Shown here in pieces: positions 51,097-60,607 of a stretch of 64,000 nt of DNA. Position 1 is the stretch's first letter. The number at the start of each line of letters is the position of its first letter. The stretch spans positions 3,328,001-3,392,000 of the forward strand of contig OZ242296.1 of NCBI GenBank assembly GCA_965207735.1, read 5' to 3'. A program made the translations under genes and the position numbers. This DNA is from Candidatus Versatilivorator sp. GTDB taxonomy: Bacteria; Acidobacteriota; Terriglobia; Versatilivoradales; Versatilivoraceae. The notes below the pieces were generated by a model. That model was not told where the DNA came from. It saw only the letters and a program-made list of their open reading frames with translations, and did no database searches.

Positions 51097-51515
51097 ATGA
51101 TCGACGATTTCCGTCTCTGGGGGTCAAGCAGATGCCGTCGTATGGGTGAAACGGCTGCAACGTAGCGATGTTCACCCAGCCGTTTCATGATTTCCACACC
51201 CACAACGCCATTCTCTCAGAGAGCGGAGCCCTCGCCGTTGTGGTTGGCGACTTTCCCCAAACACCGCGTCAGACACGGGACAACAAGGATTGCCCGTATC
51301 GGATGAGACAAGGCGAAGCAAGGCTGCGCCTCGCGCGTCCCCCTCCCGCCCGGCGCGGCGGCGCGCCGCACGAGAGGGGAGAAGGTGGAGGGAGCGACCC
51401 CCATATTTTTTGCCGCTGGTGCGGCATCGGGGAGGGTTAGCCGTTTCACTTCACAGTTCACGGTTAACCCTCCCCTTGGGGGGTCGCGCCCTCCACAGTG
51501 ATCCCTTCGGGAAGG
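51097..51515. other. Structured non-coding element, copy B
   Basis: Outer stem 51385-51402/51479-51496; hairpins 51411-51426 and 51429-51475; homologous to reverse complement of 24122-24553. Confidence 0.7.
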
Positions 51516-51609
51516 TTAAAATGGAGATCTGGAGCCAGGTCATTCCAGTTAACCTGGCCTTGACGGCCGTGGGCCTGCGGGTGTGGCTCGATCCTTGGGC
51601 GAGGTTTCC

Positions 51610-51790
51610 TTACGGGACCTGGTGCGGGCAGCCCATTCCTTGGGCCAGGTAACGCGCCCAGTCGTCCATCAGGACACGCCTGCGCTCGAACAGGTCGGAG
51701 CGGGCATAGGCCGCCTCGACCCGATTGCGGACCACATGCGCCAGGGCCGCCTTGATCACCTCCCGGGGATGGTCGGTCTCTTCGGGCGCA
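51610..51790 (-). pseudogene. C-terminal remnant of P4-like tyrosine integrase
   Basis: EETDHPREVIKAALAH...VEAAYARSDLFERRRVLMDDWARYL contains the catalytic His and Tyr; upstream part missing. Confidence 0.88.
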
Positions 51791-51827
51791 CTGTCACTTC
51801 GTGGACTGACAGCCGCCGGAGGGGTCC

Positions 51828-54800
51828 CTACTCGATATCCAGGGGCGCGAATCCCGCGTCGCGGGCCAGTTGGTTGAAGGAGGCCGCCTCGCCCTGGCAC
51901 AGCTCCCGCAGCCTGGCGATCTGAACGTCGATCTGGGCGCAGATGTCGTCGAAGACTTCGTAGGCCTGCTTGGGCGGCGCCGCATCGGCAATGCCGACCA
52001 CGGCCACCAGCCCACCCAGCTTGGCGTTCAGGCGGTTGGGGTAGCGCAGCCGGTCGAAGGGGGTCTTGTCCTTGGTCTGAATCAAGGCCTTTTCGATGGA
52101 ATCCAGTCGATCCCTTAGGGCCTTGGCCTTTTCGGAGACAGGACTCGCCCCCCTCGCGTCGCCCTGATTCACCTTTTCGGTACGCTTGGACCACTCCGCC
52201 AGTTGCTCTTGCAGGCGGCGGGTGCGGTTGATGGCCCGATTGGTCTCCGTCAGCTTGTCCCGGATTCTGGTCCAAAACTCGAACTGCGCCTGAAAGTCCT
52301 CGGGCGTGGCCTCCACCCGTGGGTCCTTGAGGATCTCGAAGCTTTCGGTACAGGTGCGGCCGCCCGCGGTCAGCCGGACCCCGTAGGGGCCGGGAGGGGC
52401 CAGCGGGCCGTTCCCGCTCTTCTCGCGCGTGCCGAAGAGGGTGGACTGGTCTTTCCCCCGTTCCTCGACTTTCTCGGCGTCGGCGTAGTGCATATCCCAG
52501 ACGAAGCGGTTCAGTCCGGGCCGGGCGGTGAGGTAGCGGTCCGCCTTGGGGGAAGCTTCCCCGCCTCCGGCGTCCTCCGACTCCGCCGGCTTGCTGGTGA
52601 AGGTCTTGATCTCCCGGCCGTCGGCGTCAAGAAAGGTCAGTGAGATGGGCTCGCCGGGCGCCTCGGCCAGCCAGTAGTAGACGATGACTCCCGGGGGCGG
52701 GTTCTGACCCGCGTCCAGAAAGCGGCGGACCGATTCGCCCTCGGGGGTCTCATCCTGGTAGTAGCAGGCGTTGCCCCCCAAGCCCAACATGTAGTTCTTG
52801 CCCTTGTCGGCGAACATGTTGACGCTCCAGTTCAGCCGGGTGCGGTAGGTGGGACGGGGAGGGAACAGGCCGGCAGCGGCCCCGCTCGCTTCGGGGTCCA
52901 GCCGGCGCAAGGGCGTCAAGTCGTCCAGGATCCAGAAGGAGCGCCCGTGGGTGCCGGCCACCAAGTCGGAGTCCTTGATCTTGAGGTCGTAGACCGGCAC
53001 CACCGGGAGATTGCTCCGCAGCGGCTGCCAGTGTTCCCCGTCGTCGAAAGTGACGAAGACGCCCGTCTCGGTGCCGACGAAAAGCAGGCCCCCACGGAGG
53101 GGGTCGGCTCTCACCACCCGGGTGATCTGGTCCTTGGGAAAGTCTCCCGCTATGCTGCGCCAGCTGCGGCCGTAGTCCTCGGTCTTGTAGAGGAAGGGAC
53201 GGTAGTCGTCCAGCTTGTAGCGGGTGGCGGAGACATAGGCCGAGGCCGGATCGTGGGGAGAGACCTCCAGGCAACCCACGTAGGACCATTCCGGCAGGTC
53301 GGGTGGAGTGATGTTATCCCAATGGCCGCCGCCGTCTCGGGAGAGATGGACCAGTCCGTCGTCGGTGCCTGCCCAGAACACGCCGCGCTCGTGCTTCGAC
53401 TCCACGAAGGTGGAGAGGGTGGCGTACCCCTCGGCGCCGCTGGCGTCCTTGGTGACGGGCCCGCCGGAAGCCTCCAGCTTGCCGGGGTCGTTCCGCGACA
53501 GATCCGGACTGATGGCTTCCCAACTGCCGCCCTCATCGAGGCTGCGGAAAAGGATGTTTCCGCCGGCATAGAGCACGTTGGGGTCGTGGGGCGAAATGGC
53601 GATGGGATAGGTCCAGGCGAAGCGGTACTTGAGGTCCTTGGGCGCCCAGCCCGTCGACTCCTCGGGCCAGACGTTCACCAGGCGGATCTGCCCGGTCTTT
53701 CGATCGTAACGCTGCATCACGCCGTTGCCCCCCGGCGAGCTCCCTATCGCTCCCAGATAGACAATGTCCGGGTTCTCGGGGTGGACGGCGATGAATCCGC
53801 TCTCTCCGGTGCCGGGAGAGTAGCAGTGGCCCCAGGCGACGGCGCCGTATTCGGTGGCGCTGGGAACGCAAATGCTGGCGTTGTCCTGCTGGGTGGCGTA
53901 GACCCGGTAGGGGAACTGGTTGTCGATGTCCATGCGGTAGAGCTGCGAGGTGAGCTGATTGTAGATGGTCGACCAACTGCGCCCGCCGTTGAAGGAGATG
54001 CAGGCGCCCCCGTCATTCCCTTGAACCAGGTGGCGGGGATCGCTCGGGTCGATCCACAGGTCGTGGTTGTCTCCGTGGGGGGTGGTCACCTGCTCGAAGC
54101 GACAGCCGCCGTCGGTGGATTTCCACATCTTCAGGTTGGTGACGTAGACGGTGTCGGCGTGGCAGGGATCGGCGAAGACGTGGCAGTAATACCAGGGCCG
54201 GTGTATCAGGTCGCGGTTGTCGCTGACCCGTTGCCACTGCTGCCCGCCGTCATCCGACCGGTAGAGGCCTTCCTCCTCCGACTCCACGATCGCCCAGACC
54301 CGGTCCGCCTGAGCCGGTGAGACGGCCACACCGATCTTGCCCTTGATCCCCTTGGGCAGCCCCTGGTTGTCGCTGATCTCGGTCCAGGTGTCGCCGCCGT
54401 CGGTGGACTTGAAAAGGCCGCTGTCGGGGCCCCCGCTGGAAAGAGACCAGAAGTTACGGTAGGTCTCCCAGATGGAGGCGTAGAGCAGACGGGGATTGTT
54501 GGGGTCCATGGCCAGATCCACCGCACCCGCCTTGGGGCTGCGGTAGAGCACCTTTTCCCAGTTGCGGCCGCCGTCCCTGGAGCGGTAGACGCCCCGCTCC
54601 GGGTTGGGGCCGAAGGCGTGGCCCAGGGCCGCCGCGTAGACCAGGTCGGGATCGTTGGGATGGACGCGGATTTCGCCGATATGGCGCGTTTCCTCCAGCC
54701 CCATGTGGGTCCAGGTCTTGCCGGCGTCGGTGGACTTGTAGACCCCGTCCCCGTAGGAAACGTCCAGGCGAATGGTGGTTTCCCCGGTGCCGGCATAGAT

Positions 54801-55052
54801 GACGTTGGGGTCGGACGGAGCCACCGCCAGGGCGCCGACGGAGGAGGTGTTGAAGAAGCCGTCGGAGACGTTTTCCCAGTAGGTGCCGCCGTCGGTGGTT
54901 TTCCAGACTCCACCGGCCACGGCTCCAAAGTAGGCGGTCATGGGGTCCACCGGGTCGCCGGCCACGGCCACCACCCGGCCGCCGCGGGGCGGGCCGATGC
55001 AGCGCCACTGGAGGTCCTGCAAGAAGCTGGGATCGTAGGGGGGGATGCTCAT
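51828..55052 (-). CDS. BNR/Asp-box (sortilin/VPS10-like) beta-propeller glycosyl-hydrolase-like protein
   Basis: WRCIGPPRGGR, many S-x-D-G-G-x-x-W Asp boxes, HGDNHDLWIDP, THGRSFWILDD; no signal peptide. Confidence 0.9.
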   Translation of the reverse strand: MSIPPYDPSFLQDLQWRCIGPPRGGRVVAVAGDPVDPMTAYFGAVAGGVWKTTDGGTYWENVSDGFFNTSSVGALAVAPSDPNVIYAGTGETTIRLDVSYGDGVYKSTDAGKTWTHMGLEETRHIGEIRVHPNDPDLVYAAALGHAFGPNPERGVYRSRDGGRNWEKVLYRSPKAGAVDLAMDPNNPRLLYASIWETYRNFWSLSSGGPDSGLFKSTDGGDTWTEISDNQGLPKGIKGKIGVAVSPAQADRVWAIVESEEEGLYRSDDGGQQWQRVSDNRDLIHRPWYYCHVFADPCHADTVYVTNLKMWKSTDGGCRFEQVTTPHGDNHDLWIDPSDPRHLVQGNDGGACISFNGGRSWSTIYNQLTSQLYRMDIDNQFPYRVYATQQDNASICVPSATEYGAVAWGHCYSPGTGESGFIAVHPENPDIVYLGAIGSSPGGNGVMQRYDRKTGQIRLVNVWPEESTGWAPKDLKYRFAWTYPIAISPHDPNVLYAGGNILFRSLDEGGSWEAISPDLSRNDPGKLEASGGPVTKDASGAEGYATLSTFVESKHERGVFWAGTDDGLVHLSRDGGGHWDNITPPDLPEWSYVGCLEVSPHDPASAYVSATRYKLDDYRPFLYKTEDYGRSWRSIAGDFPKDQITRVVRADPLRGGLLFVGTETGVFVTFDDGEHWQPLRSNLPVVPVYDLKIKDSDLVAGTHGRSFWILDDLTPLRRLDPEASGAAAGLFPPRPTYRTRLNWSVNMFADKGKNYMLGLGGNACYYQDETPEGESVRRFLDAGQNPPPGVIVYYWLAEAPGEPISLTFLDADGREIKTFTSKPAESEDAGGGEASPKADRYLTARPGLNRFVWDMHYADAEKVEERGKDQSTLFGTREKSGNGPLAPPGPYGVRLTAGGRTCTESFEILKDPRVEATPEDFQAQFEFWTRIRDKLTETNRAINRTRRLQEQLAEWSKRTEKVNQGDARGASPVSEKAKALRDRLDSIEKALIQTKDKTPFDRLRYPNRLNAKLGGLVAVVGIADAAPPKQAYEVFDDICAQIDVQIARLRELCQGEAASFNQLARDAGFAPLDIE

Positions 55053-55147
55053 GTACGTGGCTCCCTTCTGAGGACGGGCGACCCGCATGGCCGCGGTGCC
55101 GCCGGATGCATGACGGGAGTCATTATATATCCGCTGCCCTGTCAGTG

Positions 55148-57550
55148 TTACCAGTACCAGCGGACCTTGGCGGACAAGGTGCGGGGCTGCACCACGCGGG
55201 TCCCAACAAATACGGACTGGAAGTTGTAGAGCGCCGTCCGGTTAGTCAGGTTGGCCACCTGGAAAACCAGGTCCCAGACCCGGCGGTCGCCGCGAATGTG
55301 CTTGTAGCCGAGGGTGGCATCCAGGATGGTTCTGGCCTTCACTCGAGGGGGGTTCGAGGTCAGGTTCACCAGGGGCAGCTGGTCGAAGTAGTCCGGGTCT
55401 CGCGCCACCTCGGCCGGATCGGAAGGATTGGGCACCAGACCGCTGTCGTAGCGAACCTGCCAACTCGTCCACCAGTTCCTGCGCGGACGGCAGGTCAGCA
55501 GGCCGCTGACCGCCAGTTTCTGGTCGTGGTCGATCACGAAGGGGCCCTGGCCCAGGAGGTCCAGCGCGGCGCTTCCCAGGAAGAGACCGCCGGTAAAGGG
55601 CGGGGTGACGACCACGTGATAGTGGGTGGTGCTGATTGACCCGCTGAAACGGCGAATTTCCGGAAGGGTGAGGCGGGTTTCGAATCCGTTGACGTTGGAG
55701 CGGGCCAGCGAGGTGGGGAAGATGATTCCGGTATTGAGGAAGTTGTCGTTGTCCTGCAGATCCTGGGAATCCTTGTGGAAAAACGCGGCGTTCAGGCTGG
55801 CCCGGTCGCCCAGTCTCTGCTGCAGCCCCACCTCATAGACGTTCTGGCGCTGCGGGCCGATCAAGATGACCCCACCGTTCAGGCCGCGCCTCACGTCCGG
55901 CGGGGCCAAACGTTCGGCTGCCTCCGAGTTGGACAGCAGCAGATTCTCGTTGGGCGGGGTCTGATAGTTCCGATTGTAGGAAGCCCGTAGAACGGTTCCG
56001 GTCTCTCTGAGATGGTAGGCCACACCCAGGCGCGGCTGGAACTGCGCACCGGCCGTCAGGAAACGGTAGCGGTCGTAGCGCCCTCCCAGGTTGATCTGGA
56101 ACCGGCCCAGCCTGATGCGGTCCTGCAGAAAGACGGACTGCAGTCGGCCGGCGCCCTTGTCGGAAAAGCGGAACCAATGCCCCCCTCGAGTGAGGTCGTA
56201 GGGGACCAGGTTGGGGTTGAAGTCCCGCGACCCGGGAGAGTTGAAGCGGGGGTCGGAAATGCCGAAGAAGAAGTTCTCGCTGACGGGAAAATACTGGTAG
56301 TCGAATCCGACTCTCCATTGATGCCGGCCCCGCAGGATGTTGAAACGGTTGAAGGTGGAAAAGGTGGAAAGATGCCGGGCCAGCGAGGCCGTCACCGGGG
56401 TGTCTCCAGGGCTGGGGAAGAGTTGAGCCACCGTGGTTCGGTAGGAGGTAGTGGAATCGAAGGTGGCCGAGGAGGAGATCACCCGGACCCAGCCCAGTGA
56501 GACCGCCGCGTCGCGCAGGTGGCGCCTCTGTTGCTGGCCGTTCAGGTGCTGGGACCTCAAGTTGGCCAGCTGGAAGGCCGAGCGCCCGGCCAGCAGGCTC
56601 AGCCGAAGGTTGTCCTTCGGAGTGGGATGGTAGTCCAACCGCAGGAAGCCGCGCTCGGCATTGCCCCCGTTGTGGAGATTGTCGAGAGAAGGACTGTCGA
56701 GGAAGCGGTTGCTCTTCACCGCGGAGACGGAGGCGAAGTAACCCAGTTTTTCCCTGGCCCCACCCAGTTGCAGGATGGCCGAGGCGGTGTCGAACTGTGC
56801 GGCGCCGAGCTCCAGCATCCCGAAGAAATCGCCTCCCCCATCGAAGCCCGAATGGGTGGTGATATTGGCCACTCCCGAAACCTTGCTGCCGTAGTCCGGC
56901 GGAATATCTCCCGAATAGAGCTCGAGGGACTGCACCATGGAAGGATCGATGGAGGTGGCGAATGACCCGGTGAATTGATCGCTGATGGGCATGCCGTCGA
57001 TCACGTAGGTCATCTGATTGTGAGCTCCCCGCGGATGAACGGCTCCGTTGGCATTGGCGGCGAAGCCGGGGAAGCTGAGCAATATTCCTTCCAGTCCACG
57101 GGCTCCGGCCTGGACGGGCATCTCCTCGATGGCTTTGCGGTTGAGCTCGGTGCGGGTCCCGGTAGCCTTGGTATCGATCAGCGTGACTCGCTCGACCAGG
57201 GAGACCTCAATGGCCTCACGCCGAGTCGCCAGCGAGAGCCGGACAGGGATGAGGACGGGAACGTTGGAGCGAAGATGGACTGCCTGGGTGTGGGTGGCGA
57301 AGTCGGAGTGGCTTACCTGCAGCTCGTAGGTCTGGAAGGGAACGTTGAGGACCTGGAAGGAGCCATCCGATTGGCTGGCGGTCCGGCGCTCGAACCCGGT
57401 CAGCAGGTTGGTCAAGCGAACGCCGGCTCCGGCGACGGCGGCTCCCAGCGGATCGACCACGGTGCCGCTCAGTTGAGCGGTTGCCTGGGCTCCTGCCTGC
57501 CGGGGAATCGCAACAATTAACCAGATTCCCAGAAGGATCGAAAAGCCCAT
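55148..57550 (-). CDS. TonB-dependent receptor with N-terminal carboxypeptidase-regulatory-like domain
   Basis: Signal peptide; SGTVVDPLGAAV; RGAHNQMTYVIDGMPISD plug; C-terminal KVRWYW. Confidence 0.88.
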   Translation of the reverse strand: MGFSILLGIWLIVAIPRQAGAQATAQLSGTVVDPLGAAVAGAGVRLTNLLTGFERRTASQSDGSFQVLNVPFQTYELQVSHSDFATHTQAVHLRSNVPVLIPVRLSLATRREAIEVSLVERVTLIDTKATGTRTELNRKAIEEMPVQAGARGLEGILLSFPGFAANANGAVHPRGAHNQMTYVIDGMPISDQFTGSFATSIDPSMVQSLELYSGDIPPDYGSKVSGVANITTHSGFDGGGDFFGMLELGAAQFDTASAILQLGGAREKLGYFASVSAVKSNRFLDSPSLDNLHNGGNAERGFLRLDYHPTPKDNLRLSLLAGRSAFQLANLRSQHLNGQQQRRHLRDAAVSLGWVRVISSSATFDSTTSYRTTVAQLFPSPGDTPVTASLARHLSTFSTFNRFNILRGRHQWRVGFDYQYFPVSENFFFGISDPRFNSPGSRDFNPNLVPYDLTRGGHWFRFSDKGAGRLQSVFLQDRIRLGRFQINLGGRYDRYRFLTAGAQFQPRLGVAYHLRETGTVLRASYNRNYQTPPNENLLLSNSEAAERLAPPDVRRGLNGGVILIGPQRQNVYEVGLQQRLGDRASLNAAFFHKDSQDLQDNDNFLNTGIIFPTSLARSNVNGFETRLTLPEIRRFSGSISTTHYHVVVTPPFTGGLFLGSAALDLLGQGPFVIDHDQKLAVSGLLTCRPRRNWWTSWQVRYDSGLVPNPSDPAEVARDPDYFDQLPLVNLTSNPPRVKARTILDATLGYKHIRGDRRVWDLVFQVANLTNRTALYNFQSVFVGTRVVQPRTLSAKVRWYW

Positions 57551-57750
57551 GGCCCGCAGGCGCCTCGATGGGAGCGCGGGCGGGCGGCTGCTTTCCTGGC
57601 TGGAAGGTTGCCGGGGAGCACCGGTGAAACGACTGCCTGGGACACTCCGCCACACCGCTTTGTCCTCCTGGAGCCACCGGGCTGAATCCCTTCTTCGGAA
57701 GAAGCATGATTGCCCGCCTTTTTGCTTAAGCTTTTGCAAGCTTAAAATAA

Positions 57751-57779
57751 AGTTTAGATAAGACTAAATATTTTGTCAA
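57751..57779 (-). promoter_or_regulatory. Sigma70 promoter with overlapping DtxR/MntR-like operator
   Basis: TTGACA-N17-TAAACT on minus strand; palindrome TTTAG-N6-CTAAA at 57753-57768. Confidence 0.75.
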
Positions 57780-57837
57780 CGCTTGTGTGGGTGGGGGCTG
57801 CCCGTGGCGCCGATAGTCACTCACGAGGCGAGGCGTC

Positions 57838-57910
57838 TGCCCCCCTCCGGATCGACGGCGGGCTTCGCCCTTGTCTCTTGCCGACTCCCCCCTCAAGGGG
57901 GGAGTGATAC
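57838..57910 (-). repeat. REP-like element family R2
   Basis: actccccc-tcaa-gggggagt hairpin plus extension; reverse complement matches 59551-59617. Confidence 0.75.
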
Positions 57911-57924
57911 GGGTGAACCAACGG

Positions 57925-59136
57925 TCAATTGGTAAGAAAGGACAGCAGCCAGCCCAGCGCCCCGCCCCCGACCACGACCCAGGCCAGGTTGATTTTCCAG
58001 CGGAGACCGATCAGGGTGGCCGCCACGGCGATGAGCCAGGCCGGCCAGGCGGTGAGAGTGGCCTGCCCCAGCTTTACGGTGACGGCGGCCATCAGGGCCA
58101 CGGCGCTGACGTTGACCGCGTCCAGAAAGGCAGCCGTCCAGGGGGACTTCCGAAGGCGCGGAATCCAGGGGTTGACCAGCGCGACAAACAGGAAGGAGGG
58201 AGCGAAAATGGCGGTGGTCGCCACTGCCGCTCCGCCGGCTCCGGCAATCAAGTAGCCAATGAAAGTGGCGGTGGACAGGACGGGTCCGGGGGTGAACTGA
58301 CCGATGGCAATGGCATCCAGCAGCTGCCGCTGAGTCAGCCAGCCATATTCGTGGACCAGGCCGCCCTGCAGAAAAGCGACCAGCACGTAGCCGCTTCCGT
58401 AGAGCACGGCGCCGACCTTCAGGAAGAAGAGACCCAGCTTCCACAACGAAACCGAGGCCGCTCCTGCCCCGCCGGCTCCCGCCGCGGCCGCCAGCAGAAC
58501 CCCGCTTTTCTTGCCCAGCCATTGGCCCAACCAAGCTCCTGCGACCGCCGGGAGGATCTTCGCCCGTCGAGATCGAACCGCCTGGGGCAGCCGCAACCAG
58601 AGCATGCCGGCAACACCTCCCAGCAGCAGGGCGGCCACCTCGTTGAGCTGCAGCAGGGAAGCCGCCAGAACGGCGGCGCCAATGGCCCCCAACGACCAGG
58701 TCTTGCAGGCCTTGTTCCCCAGCCGCCAGACGGAAACGGCAATGATGGCCAGCACGGCCGGCTTGATCCCCAGCAACCAGGGCGCAACCTGCGGGAGTTG
58801 ACCAAAGTGGACGTAGATCCAGGCCAGACCCGCGGTCAAGCCGACGGCAGGCAGAATGAAACAGGTCCCTGCAACCGCCAGGCCGATCCAACCGGCTCTG
58901 ACAAAGCCGAGATGGATGGCCATCTCGGTTGAGTTGGGACCCGGGATCAGGTTGGTAGCGCCCAACAGATCCAGAAAGCGCTCGCGCGTCAGCCAGCCTC
59001 GCCGCGCCACCACCTCCTCTTCCATCATGGCGATATGGGCCGCCGGCCCCCCGAAGCCCAGGATTCCCAGCTTCAGGAAGACCAGCGCCAGTTCCTTGAG
59101 GCGGGCGAGAGAGCATTGGTTCAAGGTCATGGTCAA
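57925..59136 (-). CDS. chrA: Long-chain chromate efflux transporter
   Basis: FLKLGILGFGGPAAHIAMM, IPGPNS, GAVLYGSGYVL, GQFTPGP. Confidence 0.95.
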   Translation of the reverse strand: MTMTLNQCSLARLKELALVFLKLGILGFGGPAAHIAMMEEEVVARRGWLTRERFLDLLGATNLIPGPNSTEMAIHLGFVRAGWIGLAVAGTCFILPAVGLTAGLAWIYVHFGQLPQVAPWLLGIKPAVLAIIAVSVWRLGNKACKTWSLGAIGAAVLAASLLQLNEVAALLLGGVAGMLWLRLPQAVRSRRAKILPAVAGAWLGQWLGKKSGVLLAAAAGAGGAGAASVSLWKLGLFFLKVGAVLYGSGYVLVAFLQGGLVHEYGWLTQRQLLDAIAIGQFTPGPVLSTATFIGYLIAGAGGAAVATTAIFAPSFLFVALVNPWIPRLRKSPWTAAFLDAVNVSAVALMAAVTVKLGQATLTAWPAWLIAVAATLIGLRWKINLAWVVVGGGALGWLLSFLTN

Positions 59137-59271
59137 GCGGAAAGGGTCGAACAGAGGTCGTTGGCGATGCTACCACAGATCCGGCTGCCGGAAGCGGGAG
59201 AGAAAAGAGTTATCCACGAAGGGACACGAGGGAACAGGAGTAGCCACACGACAAGTCGGCTATTGGCCCCT

Positions 59272-59480
59272 CGGCGCACAAGATCTCGCCTGTGGCTCGC
59301 CTTGTGCGAACCCCCACCGCATCAGCCTTCGCCATTCGGCGCTGTCGTTCGGAGGCGCCGCGTTGGCCCCCCTCCGCATCAGCCTTCGCCTGTCGGCTCG
59401 ACTTCTGCGACTCCCCCACCGCAACCGACGCACGCCGGCGGTTACCGCTACGGCGCACAAGATCTCGCCTTTGGCTCGCC
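59272..59480. repeat. 30-bp direct repeats enclosing partial R2 units
   Basis: cggcgcacaagatctcgcct(g/t)tggctcgcc at 59272-59301 and 59451-59480; two ccgcatcagccttcgcc copies between them. Confidence 0.7.
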
Positions 59481-59550
59481 ATGCGGTAGACCGGGAACAT
59501 GGTTTACATCCTGCCCAGCAATCGGGCAATAAGCCCTCTACAGACCTCAA

Positions 59551-59617
59551 GTATCACTCCCCCCTTGAGGGGGAGTCGGCGAGAGGGCGGAGCCCGCGGT
59601 CGAGCCGGAGGGGGGCC
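59551..59617 (+). repeat. REP-like element family R2
   Basis: gtatcactccccccttgagggggagtcgg...ccggagggggg. Confidence 0.75.
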
Positions 59618-59808
59618 AGCGCGGCGCCCCGAAATTCACAAGAACAATTAACATCGATTCCCCCGCACCCGGCCGGCCTCCCCAGGGTGGGCCAGTGCCA
59701 TTTTGCTTTGGGTCCCTGGATCGGACTCGTCTATGATGCCGTCGAACCCGATGGTTTCGGGGGTTCAGAATTTCCGAGACAGAGACGGGAACTCACGAGG
59801 ACAGGAAA

Positions 59809-60294
59809 ATGACGCTGGCCAATTGGAAAACTCAGTCTTACAACGGGATTCAAAGCCTGCTTTTCAACAACCCCCATCGAGTTATCGAGTTTAGCGTCGC
59901 TCAGAGCGACGGCAGCCGGCGCAACCGGGCGGACATTCCGGCCCCGGTAAGAAGGCTCTATGAAACCGAGGCGCCGGAGGAACGCACGTGCCTGCAGACG
60001 ACCCAGTTCGTCCACCACATGATGATCCCTCCCGGGGGGCGCCACGTGGCCGAACTCCACATCCATCCGGATGCGGAAGAGATCCTGGTAGTGACCAGGG
60101 GGAGTGGCCAGGCTCGCATTGCAGGCCAAAGCCATCCGGTGGCAAGAGAGGACGTGCTCTACGTCCCTCCCGGAGCCGAACACGAAATTCGTAACACCGG
60201 TGAGGAGTTTTTAGGTATACTGTTTATCAATGTGCCGACGGGAGAAGGTCTGAAGAAGCTGCTGTCGGCCCAGGAGAAGACCAAGAGCCCATGA
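59809..60294 (+). CDS. Cupin domain protein
   Basis: HIHPDAEE and YVPPGAEHEIRN cupin motifs; AGGA RBS. Confidence 0.88.
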   Translation: MTLANWKTQSYNGIQSLLFNNPHRVIEFSVAQSDGSRRNRADIPAPVRRLYETEAPEERTCLQTTQFVHHMMIPPGGRHVAELHIHPDAEEILVVTRGSGQARIAGQSHPVAREDVLYVPPGAEHEIRNTGEEFLGILFINVPTGEGLKKLLSAQEKTKSP

Positions 60295-60607
60295 TCCCCT
60301 CGCACCGCCGGCTCAAAATCGGACCGGGGCGGTGCATCGCCGAAGTGATGTGGCGATCGACCCGGTTTTGCTGTAGTTCGGTTTCCCACCGACGACGAGC
60401 ATGAGTTTTTAGAGAGACCCTCCCGGACAGGATCCTCAGCGCTTCCCCATCAGGCAGCCGTTCCTCCCATCAGGATTCATCCTGAGACGATGCAACTTTC
60501 CGCACGGGAAAGACATCTGGTTAGGAGGCACGTCGCTGTCTCCGGTTGAGACGGGACAAGCGCCGGCGCCTGCCGGCATGAATTGATCGATTGAAGGAGA
60601 GTATTGA

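Larger units (their letters stand above)
23800..51790. mobile_element. Degenerate genomic island (P4-like integrase remnant; regulators plus giant adhesin); boundaries approximate
   Basis: Integrase fragment at right end, diverged inverted non-coding elements near both ends, compositional mosaicism, internal gene fragments, possible arm-type repeats at 23829-23852. Confidence 0.6.

Noticed and set aside
51610-52275. 221-aa ORF as an intact integrase
   Set aside because: Only the last ~58 residues are integrase-like; the rest is an alternative frame of the VPS10-like gene.
59272-59480. Mini CRISPR (two 30-bp repeats)
   Set aside because: Only two copies, a ~150-bp spacer made of REP fragments, and no cas genes.
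60436-60570. SRP RNA or 6S RNA assignment
   Set aside because: No SRP helix-8 consensus on either strand and no clear large central bubble; kept only as an unassigned structure.
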